Shown here: one piece after another, positions 50,745 through 63,794 of the stretch | How positions within the stretch are numbered: the first letter of the stretch is position 1 | Layout of the letters: the number at the start of each line of letters is the position of its first letter | DNA from: Camelus dromedarius | Lineage: Eukaryota | Reading direction: 5' to 3' | DNA: 64,000 nucleotides | Assembly (NCBI RefSeq): GCF_036321535.1 | Contig: NC_087437.1 | Location: forward strand, 57,290,001-57,354,000 | The notes under the pieces: generated by a model | The model's database searches: none | Told to the model about the DNA's origin: nothing | Seen by the model: the letters and a program-made list of their open reading frames with translations, nothing else | Position numbers and translations under genes: made by a program

Positions 50745-50910
50745 AGATAATAATTATTGTCAGTGCTTGCTGTGTGCCAGGCGCTGTGCTAAGGAGTTTA
50801 TATTTCACAGCAACTGCGTGAAGCTCGTACCATTATCTCCATTTAACAGAAGAAAAAGCTGACTCATCAAATGGTTAACATATTTGCTCAAGGCCACATA
50901 ACTCTTAGTT
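50745..50910 (-). mobile_element. MIR
   Basis: tgtgtgccaggcgctgtgctaag...ccatttaacagaagaaaaagctgactc...ttgctcaaggccacata. Confidence 0.85.
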
Positions 50911-51289
50911 TAAATTTTTATTTTGAATGAGTTGTTATTATTATTTCTTGGATTCCAGAAAAAACTTTTTTCCACACTTGACAAAGTCTCATATAAATTG
51001 TATTTCTTACACTTTATTTCTTAAATACAAATGTTAAAAAATTAAGTGGGAAAGGCATGGGAGGCAGAGATTGCACTGCATTTATGTACTAGCTAGTTTT
51101 AAAGAACTATTTATTTCAAATTTGATATTTTTCTGTAGAAAACGATCAGAAATAAATCCTAAAATATCTCACAATTCAGATCAAATTGATATGGAAACCA
51201 AAGTCGTCTGCCTCCAGAGTCTGTTTCATTTAGACTCTCCATTGCCTCCCCAACATCCTAGCCCTATGACTATCTGCCTATCTTTGCTT

Positions 51290-51450
51290 TTTGAGGCAGG
51301 GTATTAGAGTCTATGAGCCTCAGTATCTTCATCTGTTAAATGGAGATAGTCAAAGGGTTGTAAGGATTACATAAGACCATGGCTGGAAAGTACTTAGCAA
51401 AGTGCCAAGCACCTTCTCAGCCTTTCGTAAAAAGTAAATACCACTTGCTA
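51290..51450 (+). mobile_element. MIR
   Basis: ctatgagcctcagtatcttcatctgttaaatggagatagt...aagtacttagcaaagtgcc. Confidence 0.85.
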
Positions 51451-51699
51451 TCAGATGGCGTCATAATATTGGATTTGCCTATGCTGGCAACCCATTCATT
51501 TGCTTTCTTTGTTTTCTTCCCTATCACAAGTCTATTGTGGAGATGAAGGTGGAATCTGAGTGGATAACTAGCATGCTATAACAAAGAACACAGGGATGAG
51601 AAAAATGAGACCTGACTCCCATCACAGTTTTTCTGCTAACAGAGTATGCCACTGAGAACATTACTAACCCTGCTTGAGTTCACATGTATGCTCACAGAA

Positions 51700-52462
51700 A
51701 AATAAGGTGGGTACAATGACTTCTGACACCAACTACCTGGTGTTGAGCCAAACATCACATGTTAAGTGCCTCATAAGACTGCCCTCACTTCAAACAGCAG
51801 CCAAAAGTTTGGGTCACCCTCCTTCTAACCAGCTGGCTACAAATTTAGGGGCTTCTATCATCTTCTCAGTTTCAATATTATGCTAGAATGGTTTACAGAA
51901 CTCAGGAAAGCATTGCACCTAAGATTACAGTTTTATTATAGCAAAAAGGATATAAATCAGAAATAATCAAAGGGAGACATGTGGAGGGTAAGCCTGTGTG
52001 GGTTTTAAATTCAAGACTTCCATTGTTCCCAGGGTTGCATTACCTTCTCAGCACACCGATGTGTACAAATACTTGGGAGTATTACTATCCAGGGATGCCC
52101 CCCTGAGCTTTGGTGTCCAAAGTTTTTATTGGGATTTTATTATATACGTATTCTTGATTTAATTATTGGTCACACAGTTGAACTCAATCTCCAGTTTTCC
52201 TCCCATCAAATCACATGACTCAGAGCCCCAACCCTCTAAATCATGTGGTTGGTCTTCCTGGCACGACCAGCTCCCATGCTGAGTCATCTCCTTAGTTTAA
52301 ACTATCTCGGGGCCCACCGTGAGTCACCTTGTTAGTATAAACCATCAGATGTGGCCCAAAGGGTTCACCATGAATAATAAAGACATTCTGGGAATTTCCA
52401 AGGGTCTAGAGGTTCTGTCCTGGGAAATAGAGACAAAACCCAACCACATTCTTTATTAAGCA
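51700..52462 (-). mobile_element. ERVL LTR, MER21-like
   Basis: cttctgacaccaact...agactgccctcacttca...gctagaatggtttacagaactcaggaaa...tgagctttggtgtccaaagtttttattgg. Confidence 0.85.
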
Positions 52463-53524
52463 GAAGAAAATATAAAATATGCATTCTAGGAGCACTTTGA
52501 TTCTACTTCCTATTCTTTATTTAAAGAGTCTAGGAATTTTTTTTAAAAATAATCATAAAAAAAAGCAAAGGAATTGTGGGTGAAGGAAAATCTCTCTCCC
52601 CCATGATTGCCTTTCACAAAGTAGGACACAGAGGGAAAAGATGACTCTGGCATCAAAAACATACACTGGCTGGAAAAGAAAGTGACTGGAAAAGGGGGCA
52701 AAGAATTAATGTGTACAATAGTCTATTGGTCTGTTATCTAGAGCTTCAGCCACATTCCATTAACTCATCAACCGGTCCTATTCATAGTCCTATATCCTGG
52801 GGACCTTCTAATTGTGTGCTAAAGGCCTTAGGATTATAATAGATTGTGAGCTGCTTTCCCCTGCAACTTTTCATTTTTAAATCTTATATTCTGTCCTCTT
52901 TCCCATGCAAAATTAGTTGGGCATTAAAGGAGTGTTCCATGTATGAGATAAAAAATAGGGTCAACACAACACATAAAACTTAAACACATTGCTTGTTTCC
53001 TAAGCAATTTCTGAAGGACTAAGCAACTTGTTGTGGGAAAGTAAATACTTTAAACATATGATAGTAACTTGCTTCTTACCCCATAGAGTCATATAATCAA
53101 CCATCACAGACTTGCTACTCTTTACTAACAAAAGATGTCTTCTTCTCTGCTTTTCCTCCCAAGCTGGTAGGTAGAATATCACTCTTCTTTAAGTGTGTGT
53201 GTCTGTATATATGTGCGTGAGGGGTACAGTCTTTGTGATAAGAAGCGACTAATGCTGCAGTGGAAATGAACAACAGCCTTTGCTGAGATTATTAATTAAA
53301 ATGGGATGCTTTCACATGTGTATTATTGTTTGCAGTTGCTTGTACAGCAGTGCAAGAGGTTAAAGAAATGTTCTCTGTGCTTTTTCTTGTAACAGAATGA
53401 TTTGGGGGTATTATATGCCCAGAAGATTTTTAAATAACACTTTGTGCTTTAATGGACACTTAGTGAGGAGAAAATATTCCTAAGCTATAATATGAAAGCA
53501 AATAAGATTGCATCCCCAGACTCC

Positions 53525-54600
53525 TCTTTTCAACCATTTATTTAGCTCCTATGTAGACAGGCTAAACCAGGCGATATCCTAGCAACAGAGATCTATGGAA
53601 GGTCTTGCTCTTCTGGGACTCAACAGGTGTTGACAAAGTAGATAAGTTCCATGATTTATTTAAATCAATTTGATGACAACATGTTTTATGAGGCATTTGA
53701 CTTAAAGGATCCCACTTAGATATACCTTCTTTTTATTATATATTACTTAGCCATAAAAAATAATGAAATAATGCCTTTTGCTGCAACATAGATGAACCTG
53801 GAGATTATCATATTAAGTGAAGTAAGTCAGAGAAAGACAAGCATCATATGATATCACTTATATGTGAAATCTAAAAGAAATGATACGAATGAACTTATTT
53901 ACAAATCAGAAATAGATTCACAGATGTAGAAAACAAAGTATGGTTACTAAAGGGGAAAAGGGTTGGGGGAGGGATAAATTAGGAGTTTGGGATGAACGTA
54001 TGCACACTACTATATATAACATAGATTTAAAAAAAAAACAAGGACATACTGTATAGCACAGGAAACTATATGTGATATCTTGTAATAACCTATAATGGAA
54101 AAGAATCTGCAAAAAGAATATACATACATATGTGTATGTATAATTGAATCACTTTTCTGTACACCTGAAACTAACACATTGTAAATCAATTATACTTCAA
54201 TAACAAATAACAATAACCTTCTTCTTTGAGCTGGCACAAATACATATGGTATACAGGTACATGATACAGAGTATCCAAGAGTTTTGGGTGGACTGAGAAA
54301 CATATTCTACCTACGTGCTGTCAGAAAATCCTTCACAAAAGAATGTCATTTGAAATGAATCTTGAAGCACGAATAGTAGCTGCCTAAGGGATGAGACAAA
54401 GGATAAAGCATGGGATGAAGGATGTTTGGCTGAAAGATGACTTGGGAGCAGCAAAACGTAAGATCTCAAGGACAACTCATTGGGTAAATATAAGGAATGG
54501 AAATAAGTTGGACATTACCAGGAACTAGGATAGATTGAGTGTAGATGACTGCTGCCCAGTGAATGGTAAAGAAGTGAAAAAGAGGGCACCAGTGATGCAG
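53525..54600 (-). mobile_element. LINE-2 3' region hosting later insertions
   Basis: ttcaaccatttatttagctccta...; resumes ~54237 with gtcagaaaatccttcacaaaagaatgtcatttgaaatgaatcttgaag. Confidence 0.6.
53741..54215 (+). mobile_element. 5'-truncated cetartiodactyl-type L1 3' end
   Basis: tagccataaaaaataatgaaataatgcc...gggataaattaggagtttggga...tacacctgaaactaacac; probable TSD accttctt (53724-53731, 54216-54223). Confidence 0.93.
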
Positions 54601-54799
54601 AGAAATCTCTGCTACTCATTAGCCACAAGACTCAAGGCCAGGATGGCTCAGTGCTTCCACCTCTGGTCTGCAGGCTCAGGCTCTTTCCTAAGCTGTCTCT
54701 GGAGCTTTCACACCTGTGATCTCCTATAACTGCCATGCGATAAACTCACTGGGTTGACAGTGACCGCATATGAAACATCACACACAAGCCTCCCTCCCT

Positions 54800-55180
54800 T
54801 CCCCATCTCTCTGTTCCTCCCAGTTCTGCAGCCTCATCCAATTACTTTCTCTGTCTCCAAGTTTACTCTTAACTTTCCTGTTTCTGGACACCTTTTATTC
54901 TGTCAGGAATGCTCTGTTCCCTTCCTGACTCAGAGTTGACTTTTCAAACCATAGCACTCTTTAAAGCCTTTCCAAACTACCCAAGTTGAGATTAATCCTT
55001 CTTTGTCCTTCAGTAGTACCAATTGTGCATCTGTTTCAATAGATCGCTGTCAACCTGTCACAGTTAGCATGTGTTTTTCCCATAGATTATAAACCCTTCA
55101 TGGGTTGTCCCATCATTGGATTCTCAATAGTCCCTATGACCACGCAGGACACACAATGTATAGATTTGGTCAACAGAATT
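54800..55180 (+). mobile_element. LINE-2 3' region
   Basis: ctgtcaggaatgctctgttcc...ttaaagcctttccaaactacccaag...tagattataaacccttca. Confidence 0.6.
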
Positions 55181-57824
55181 TAAAATGAAGACTCTTTTTA
55201 ATAAATTTATCAAAGCACAAATCAGGCCTCCATAATAATTTGATTTTTATGTGCATGTTAGACAGTCTTTTATAATATATAGTAAGCTTTATTCTAGTCT
55301 TGTACTCAAAATAGAAAACACACTATCAGTTAATTGAGGACAAAATATTCAGGTACAAGCTTATCTTTTTGGCACTTCAAACTATAAATTCATTTTCCAT
55401 TTCCAAAGCCATAAACTATGTTCTTTGATAGCCAGTCTGACCAGAAGGTTTTCCTATACAATTTTATACTCCCTTTGTTGATGTACTGAGATAAGTTATT
55501 GCTTTATGAGCTATAGCCTATTAACAGGCATTCATATTGAGCAACATCTTTTGCATAAAATGTTCCTGAGGAAATACAATTACTTCAACGTTATTATTAA
55601 AACAGCAAGGAAATGTATCACTTGAGTAAAGGAAAATCCTATACTAACTACAATCTTTTTGCTCCTTGTGTCGAATGCCTTTTAACCAATTAATAGCTCT
55701 TCTCTAGGAAACTGATTTCTTCCTCTATTTTGTCCCTTCATAGGATTTAACTTTAAAAAATCTACAACCCTAATTTTCTATTTCTGATTTTGGTATTATA
55801 AAGTTCATAAACATACCTGATATTTCTGTCTCCAGTTTTCTTTATTTAATGTGGTGATAAGTTATCCTTACTATTGAGTTTAGTAATTATATAGATGATG
55901 CACTTTTTAGAGACAAATATAGGTTACTTGTTTAGGTCAAAATTAGAAGCATCAACGAGATGGTAATTATAGCTCTACCAAATTTAATTCTCTCCATAAA
56001 GATCAGTTGCCCCATGGTAGCATCAGTATGATTCGCTTTGATTTTAGAAATATGTGCATTTTATCTTTTAATAACATCCTTGAGATTATTTCCTAAGAAT
56101 AAGAATACGACAAAGGGAGAAAAAAAGAGAATTAAATGGAATCAAAAAAGCTTGATACTTCTGTTCAGGATTCACATGTGCCAGATTAACATCCCTCTCC
56201 TTGGTTTAGTTTCCCCATGTCTAAACGGAGCTCAGCCCTGATATTTAGGACCTTTCTCTGCTTGAGTTCTCTATGATTTCTAGGAGATGGCTCTTCCTTA
56301 GTGCATGTAGCCATAAACTACTCCAGCTAAACCTGGGTTTCAAACATCCACCTCATTCCTATACATTTTCAATAAATTATTTGATAATTGTATACAACCG
56401 GCACCCTAAATTTATTTTAAAACAGCTAGCTATTATTGTTTTACGTATCTTGGGGAAAATTCCTCTTTGAAATTGTCTATTCTACTTGATCAGCCTAGCG
56501 ATCAATCTTCCACCTAGGGAAATAAGCAAATGGGTATTTAGTGCATGGGTAGTGTGGTCTCTTCTCATTTTGTTTGGAATATTCCTCAAATAGGAGATCT
56601 AAAATACCTAGTTCATTTTTTTAATATCTAACAGTTCAAACATTCTCTTCATTCTAATATAGTAGAAAAGCTCCACAATATGCCACTGACCCATCAGTGC
56701 CTGATAGAAATCTTAATTATACGTGTCGAACAAGCATCTTCAAATTGTAGACATTAGTGAAGTTCCATACTCATCAATAAACCAAAATTCCAGTTCTTTG
56801 CGCATACACACCTCCTGTCTTGACTCCTCCTTCCCTCATTTTGCACATACAGTGTACTCATGTGTGACCTTTAATCCCTTACATACATCTCCTTCCTTTG
56901 TCTTTCAGGGAGTCCTAAGTGAGTGTGTCACAATGCAAGTCAACTATAATCATCATGAGATGGTCTCCATATTTTAACTCTCTTGCTTCATATAACCCAT
57001 TTGCATATCAGCCTCTGCTCTCCAAGGAACCACCGTGAAAGTAAGTCTCCCAGGACTCTAGTATGTTTGGCCTGTGTAAAAAGTAGTGGAAACACCCTCT
57101 TTCAAACAAGCAGTCAGATTTTTTCATCTGAACTAGGAAGTAATACTCCTTATGCTCAAAGACATAAAATACTTTATAAAGGTATATTCGTCAACTTAAA
57201 AACTAATCTCTTTCTTTCATGAGCAATAAACCCTTCTTGAGTGGGGAGACAAAATCTATATCAATTGTCCCATTTTCCTCATCTCCCCTTTGATTTGCTT
57301 TGAGACAAGTACAGATGAAGGTTGGGAAAGAGGGAGCCTCTCTCTTCTGAGTTATTAGGCCTCAAAACCGAAAGCTCTGCTAGATGTCAGCTCAGTTTGG
57401 GCTCACCCAGGAACCTCTGCTCCTGGAAGTTTTCATTGTTTGCAATAATTTTTTATCAACAAAGAGTACCTTTGAGTCCCCGTGAGCATGATACTAATGA
57501 TCTCTAAGTCCATTAGGCATCCTTATTCCACATCTTCTAGGAATTTACTATGTCTGGGAGTCAGTATGTTCAGAATTATATTTTACAGCTATTAGAGATC
57601 AGTTGTAACTTTTGCAGCACACCAACTATCCAGCTAGTCAGTGATCCTACTTCTGGAGCATTTATCCCTCTTCAAAACAGCTTTGGACCAAAGTTTAAAA
57701 AATGAAACCATTGAGGACAGGAAATTGGTTTCACATAGTCTTGCCTACTACCTCATGAGATCTTACTCAGACCTTATCAAATTGCTGGAAACTATACAGC
57801 AATGCAAAATATACCATAGATGGA

Positions 57825-58025
57825 GGCAACAGGTTTGGGTTCAAGTTCTATAGATACACTTACTGGCTATATGGACTTAACAAAATATGATCTACTTATC
57901 TCAGCTCCCACTTTCTTATTTGTAAATGTAGATAATATCTGCCCCTCAGAATTGCTTTGATGATTAAACAGAGTAATGTCTACTCCAGTGTTTTATAAAT
58001 TGTGAACTGTCACATAGAAGTATTT
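57825..58025 (+). mobile_element. MIR
   Basis: tgggttcaagttct...cacttactggctatatggactt...ctttcttatttgtaaatg. Confidence 0.8.
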
Positions 58026-59109
58026 TGCCCTTTTATATAGTATATGATTCTTGATTTCTTTGGCCACCTGTTTTTTGGTTCACAAAAGATAAAAGGAGGA
58101 AACAAGAGCAAGAGAAATATTCTTAACTGAAAGTAAATTTATTATGAAAGAGATGTCAGCTGACCACCCAAAATTTGAGAAGTTATTAAAGCCACTATAG
58201 ACCATATGGCTCAATAATAACTTAAGGAATATCCATAATGATAAACCCCCAAGCTCAACAAAAATAGACCAATGTCCTGTATTGTAGAAAACAACAAAGG
58301 AAGATACCTATTTTCAAAGGGTTTTTTTAAAAGAAAATTTTAGAATATCATTTAAACTTTCTGAAAATTTCAGTTATGTGGAATACCACATTCTAAAAGC
58401 TTTTGAATAAATGAGGCCTCATTAAATCTAGTTCCTGGTAATGAGTCACCTTTTAAAACTCCACACAGGAAGACAGTTTCAATCTCATTAAAATCAGAAT
58501 CATTTATGAAATCTATGCTCATTGACACTGTCTTCCTTTTTAGAGAGAAATTGTTTCCCTGTGCCACATAAAAGGGAGTTCACTGAACAGATATAAAGGT
58601 CTAAGTGAGTGAAAAAGTAGATGACAATGGAGAAATGAGACCATTCTGCCTATTTCTCACTTCAGTTAATGTGTGCTTTTTCTCTTTCATCGGATACATT
58701 TAATTGAATAATGGCAGTTATTCCTGTGGCCAGAGGAAGTACCGTAGTTTATAGAAGACTTATTTAGAAAGAAGCTAGAAGTTTGTTCATCCCACTAGAG
58801 AGAAATTAACACATCAGCATGGAGTTTGTTTTATTCTAACATTGATGGATACTTGTCAGAACTGAAACAGTCTCTACTAGTGCTTGACAGTCAGTAGGTT
58901 GTGTTTATAAGAAATAGCTGAAATCATTTTTGTAAGATATTTAGTACTTCAATATGTTTTAAGTGCTGTTTTCAAGGTGGGTAGGTTGAAAGCCTTGTGA
59001 TAGAAGACTTCAGTAAGCAATGGCACACACCATGTGAAAATCTTAGAGACTTAGGAGAGTGGGATATAAAGTATAGTAGAGGAATGATGGGGGGAAGGTT
59101 TGAAAAAAA

Positions 59110-59515
59110 AAAGAGCTTAGGGCCAGGTCATGTGGAAACTTGAGCATTACGCTAAAACCCTGGAATTACATTGCCAAAATAAAATAGAAATCACTGGGAG
59201 ATTTTGAATAAAACCAAAGCAGCATCCTGTTAGTATTGTTGAAAAATTATCCAGGTGGAATAAATGGATTAGATTAAGAAGAGCCAGGAGAAATGGCAAA
59301 CTGGATGGTGCTCTTGCAATTGCTCGAAGAAGCAATAGTGGTACCTCTTTAAAGTAATAGCTGGGGAATGGAGATAAATCTCCCTTTCTCTCCATTTCTA
59401 CAACTATGGCCAAATCAACAGGATTTGGCAACTGATTAGGTATCAGACCCTAGGGAGATGGTGAAGTCAAAGACTACATCAATAGTTCAAGGATAGGTGA
59501 CTGCAAATGGTAAGT
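59110..59515 (-). mobile_element. LINE-2 fragment
   Basis: ggccaggtcatgtgg...aatcaacaggatttggcaactgattagg...gaagtcaaagactac. Confidence 0.7.
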
Positions 59516-60699
59516 ATTGCAGTTGATAGCTACCCTCCTTAAAGCCTTGTGGCTAATAGGGAAGATATGATTTCTAAGGAGCAGCAAAGTAAACAGTATC
59601 CTGTGGTAATACCGTATTAATTCTTTCCAAAGCATCTATATGCATTCATTGCAATACAACTTTGTTTAAGTCCATGAGCCTCTAGTGATTATTAACTTAG
59701 GGCATAAAATGTAAAAGGACATTTGAAGCACATGTATTAATTGTAGCTAGGAAGCTCTGGGATACACTACTTAAATAGTGCAGTTTTAGTTGTGCAAAAT
59801 TATTTTGAGATTATTTATACTCATCATTATTGCTTCTATGTCTTTTTAGGAAGAAATATAACAATTGTATAGCATCACTTAAAACAACATCTGTCAGGTT
59901 ATTTGAAATACCATGTTTCTAAGTTTTTTTTTTTTTTTCTAAAATCAAGCGTTTATTGGATACCAAAATCACAAGATTCTGTTTTCCTCTTCAGTACAGT
60001 GCTTTTGTGTGTGTGTGTAACGCCTTACCCTGCTTTAATCTTCTTTTCCTTTGCAACTGACTAGATTAAAATAGCAGACTTGAGAGCAAAGGAAAAATGA
60101 GAGTGCTTTTGGGGAGACATGAATTGTCAGTTCTCATAAAAGCAAAGTTACCCTAAGGAGTCTGCTCTACAGTTCTATCAGGTCAGGACAGAGAGGCTGT
60201 GATTTGCAGAAGCTTTTTGGAACTATTATGGAAAAAATAATTAGAACTGTCCAAAAAATTTAAATAACCTGAATCTTGAGTAAGTAAATTGTGGAAAGTT
60301 TGATTTTAAAAAAACCTTTTAGTGGGTATACTGAATGTATTATTTAGAGGCTCTTGTCAATGGGAAGCATGTAGGGATATCAGCAGAATTAAAGGATTGT
60401 GATTTGAAATCTGCTCCAGTAACAACCGTTAAGAGGTATTGAAGAAGTCACTTCCTCTATAAGAACTTCAGTTTCCTCAAAATATGACCTTAAAAATGAT
60501 CAAACATAAAAACAAAAGTCAAATTGTCTGATCATTAATGGATATAAAGGTATGAAGTATTTAAAGGGTGTTGTTCCAAACAAGAAAGGCGTCTGATTAG
60601 TTTCTCTAAAGAATATGAAGATGAACAGTATAGAAGGGGAAATTAAACACAATGCACACACACACGCCACACATTTTTATATACACAAACACTAATTAT

Positions 60700-60981
60700 T
60701 AGAAGCTGTAATGAGGAGAGTAAAAAGACAGATCACACACTGGAAAAAAACTTCTGCAATATGAATATCTGAAAAGTATGGATTCCAATTATATACAGTT
60801 TCTTCCAATTAAGATATTAAAAATGCTTAATTGTTATTCACAGGAAATACAAATTTAAATCAAAATTAGATATCAATACATGCTCAAAAGAATAGCTAAT
60901 TTAAAAAAAGCTTAACAATACTAAGTGTTAATGAGGATATAAGAGCAACTAGAACCCTCATACACTGCTGGTGGGAGTATA
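60700..60981 (+). mobile_element. Old L1ME ORF2 3' fragment
   Basis: aatactaagtgttaatgaggatataagagcaactagaaccctcatacactgctggtgggagt. Confidence 0.75.
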
Positions 60982-61372
60982 CAGTTGGCCCTTGAACAAC
61001 ACAAAGGGGAATAGGGGCACTGATCCTCACGCAGTCGAAAATCCATGTATAACTTTTGACTTCCCAAAACTTAGCTACTGATAGCCTACTGTCGACTGGA
61101 AGCCTCATCGGTAACATAAACAGTCTATTAAAAGGTATTTTGTTTGTCATATGTATTATATACTTTATTCTTAAAATAAAGTAAACTAGTGAAAAGAAAA
61201 TTTAAGAAAATCATAAGAAAGGCAAAATCATTTACAGTACTGTACTGTATTTGTCAATACCATTAGTTTACATTGTTTGCAAGGTGAATTGACTGTTAGT
61301 AGTTCCATCATCGTTGTCTTATATGATACAAAACACTGTAAATGTTCCACATATTACTAACACTAGACATCA
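60982..61372 (-). mobile_element. Tigger2-like Tc1/mariner terminal fragment
   Basis: TA target then TIR cagttggcccttgaacaacac; cagtcgaaaatccatgtataacttttgact; other end missing. Confidence 0.88.
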
Positions 61373-62197
61373 AAAAATGGGCAAAGGACTTGAACAGACA
61401 TTTCTCCAATGGAGGTATGTAAAAATGATCAATAAACTCATGGAAAGATAGCCTCACTAATCACTAGGAAAATGCAAATCAAAGCCATAATGAGACACCA
61501 CTTCACACCCATGAGGATGGCTGTTACAAAAAAAGCAAACAAATAAACAAAAAATAAAACCTCAGAAAATAACAAGTTTGGGCAAGGTTGTGGAGAAATT
61601 GGAATCCTTGTGCATTACTGGTGGGAATGTAAGATGGTGCAGCTATTTTGGAGAGCAGGGTGATACTTCTTCAAAAAATTAAAAATAGAATTACCATATA
61701 ACCCAGCAATTTCACTTCTAGTTAAATACCTACAATAATTGAAGGCAGAGACTCTAACAGATATTTGTACACCCATGTTCATAGTAGTAGTAGTATTCAC
61801 AGTAGCCAAAAGGTGGAAACAACCTGAGTGTCCATCATTCATGGATAAATGAATAAACAAAATATTTATACACACACACACACACACACAATGGAATACT
61901 GTTCAGCTTAAAACAGGAATGAAATTCTGACACATGCTACAATTTAAATGAACTCTGATAAAATCAACCAGACATAAAAAGATATTGTATAAGACAACTT
62001 ACATGAAGTCAGAGAGTATTCATATTTGTAGAGTTGGAATGTAGACCAGTTAACCAGGGGCTGAGGGGAGGAAGCATGGAGAAAGATGAGTTAGTGTTTA
62101 GTGGATATGACACAGAGTTTCAGTTTGGGATGACAAGAAGTGGCTGGTGAGTTTGCACAACTCTGTGAATATGCTTAATGGCACTGAAGCATATACT
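61373..62197 (+). mobile_element. LINE-1 3' end, L1MB-like
   Basis: aaatgggcaaaggacttgaacagacatttctcc...tggtgggaatgtaagatggtgcagct...cagagtttcagtttgggatga. Confidence 0.9.
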
Positions 62198-62597
62198 TTT
62201 TTTTTTTACGGCACCAAAAAACATATTTAAGAAAGTAAAAAACTCACAGCCCTGCCCCTCACACATACACATCTCCCCAAAAGCCACGCAACCTAATCTG
62301 AAAGAGAAAACAAATCAAATGTAAAACTCTCACACAAAAGAAGTCTTTGAATTAGGATTTACTAATGTATATAGTCTTTTCTATGAAAAAACAAAACAAA
62401 CAAGAAACCAAGAGAGTAAAGATAAACTTCAACATGAAGCCTTGGGAGAATTTTAAAAATGTATTGTCTCCTTACAAACTAACAGAAACCAAAACACTGA
62501 TCAGTGCTTTTCATGTATTTTGAGTGGGAAGCCTTAAATTTAATTGGTATTTGCTAATAAAACAGCACTCAATGGCAAACAAAATCCTTTAGTAGCC

Positions 62598-63595
62598 AAA
62601 TAAGAAAAAAAACAAACAACCCAATCCAAAAAAACAAACAACCCAATCCAAAAATGGGCAGAAGACCTAAACAAGCAATTCTCCAAGGAAGAAACACAAA
62701 TGATCAATAGGCACATGAAAAAATGCTCAATATCACTAATTATCAGAGAAATGCAAATCAAACCTACAATGAAGTAGCACCTCACACCAGTCAGAATGGC
62801 CATCATTCAAAAGTCCACAAACAATAAATGCTGGAGAGGCTGTGGAGAAAAGGGAACCCTCCTACACTGCTGGTGGGAATGCAGTTTGGTGCAGCCAGTG
62901 TGGAAAACAGTATGGAGATTATTCAAAAGACTAGGAATAGACTTACCACATGACCCAGGAATCCTGCTCCTGGGCATATATCCAGAAGGAACCCTACTTC
63001 ACGATGACACCTGCACCCCAATGTTCATAGCAGTACTATTTACAACAGCCAAGACATGGAAACAGCCTAAATGTCCATCAACAGATGACTGGACAAAGAA
63101 GATGTGGTATATTTATACAATGGAATACTGTTCAGCCATAAAAAAGACAACATAACACCATTTGCAGCAACATGGATATTCCTGGAGAATGTCATTCTAC
63201 GTGAAGTAAGCCAGAAAGAGAAAGAAAAATACCATATGAGATCGTTCATATGTGGAATCTTAAAAAAAAAAAGAAAAGAACATAAAGACAAAACAGAAAC
63301 AGATTCATAGAGATAGAATACAAACTTGTGGTTGCCAAGGGGGCAGGGGGTGGGAAGGGACAGAGTGGGAGTTCAAAATTTGTAGATACTGACAGGCATG
63401 TGCAGAATAGATAAACAGGATTATACTGTATAGCACATGAAAATATATACAAGATCTTGTGGTAGCTCACAGCAAAAAAAAAATGTGACAATGAATATAT
63501 GTATGTTCATGTATAACTGAAAAATTGTGCTCTACACTGGAATTTGACACAGCATTGTAAAATGACTATAACTAAATAAAAAAGTTGAAAAAAGC
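62598..63595 (+). mobile_element. Young 5'-truncated L1 (~1 kb), camelid type
   Basis: Near-intact ORF2 C-terminus, 3' UTR ending tgtgctctacactggaatttgacacagcattgtaaaatgactataact, A-rich tail. Confidence 0.95.
62640..63265 (+). pseudogene. L1 ORF2 C-terminal remnant (CCHC region)
   Basis: [18 protein letters not shown]...[11 protein letters not shown]...[18 protein letters not shown]...; one in-frame stop and one frameshift near 63145. Confidence 0.93.
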
Positions 63596-63794
63596 CTCAT
63601 TCCCAGAGAATAATAATAGTAATTATTATTATTATTATTGCAGTTGATATCAAAAGTCTCGAGCAGATTTGATATTCTGGAGGGCTGTGCCCAGAAAATT
63701 GAGTTTGACCAAATCTGGGCAATGATTATGTAACTTTTGAGGTATGTATTTTTATTATTTTAGCACCCTTTTTCACTCTCAAATATCTCTCTTT

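Noticed and set aside
62197..62590. Poly-T followed by unique sequence as a minus-strand retrocopy
   Set aside because: No polyadenylation signal at the expected distance, no TSD, no recognisable parent.
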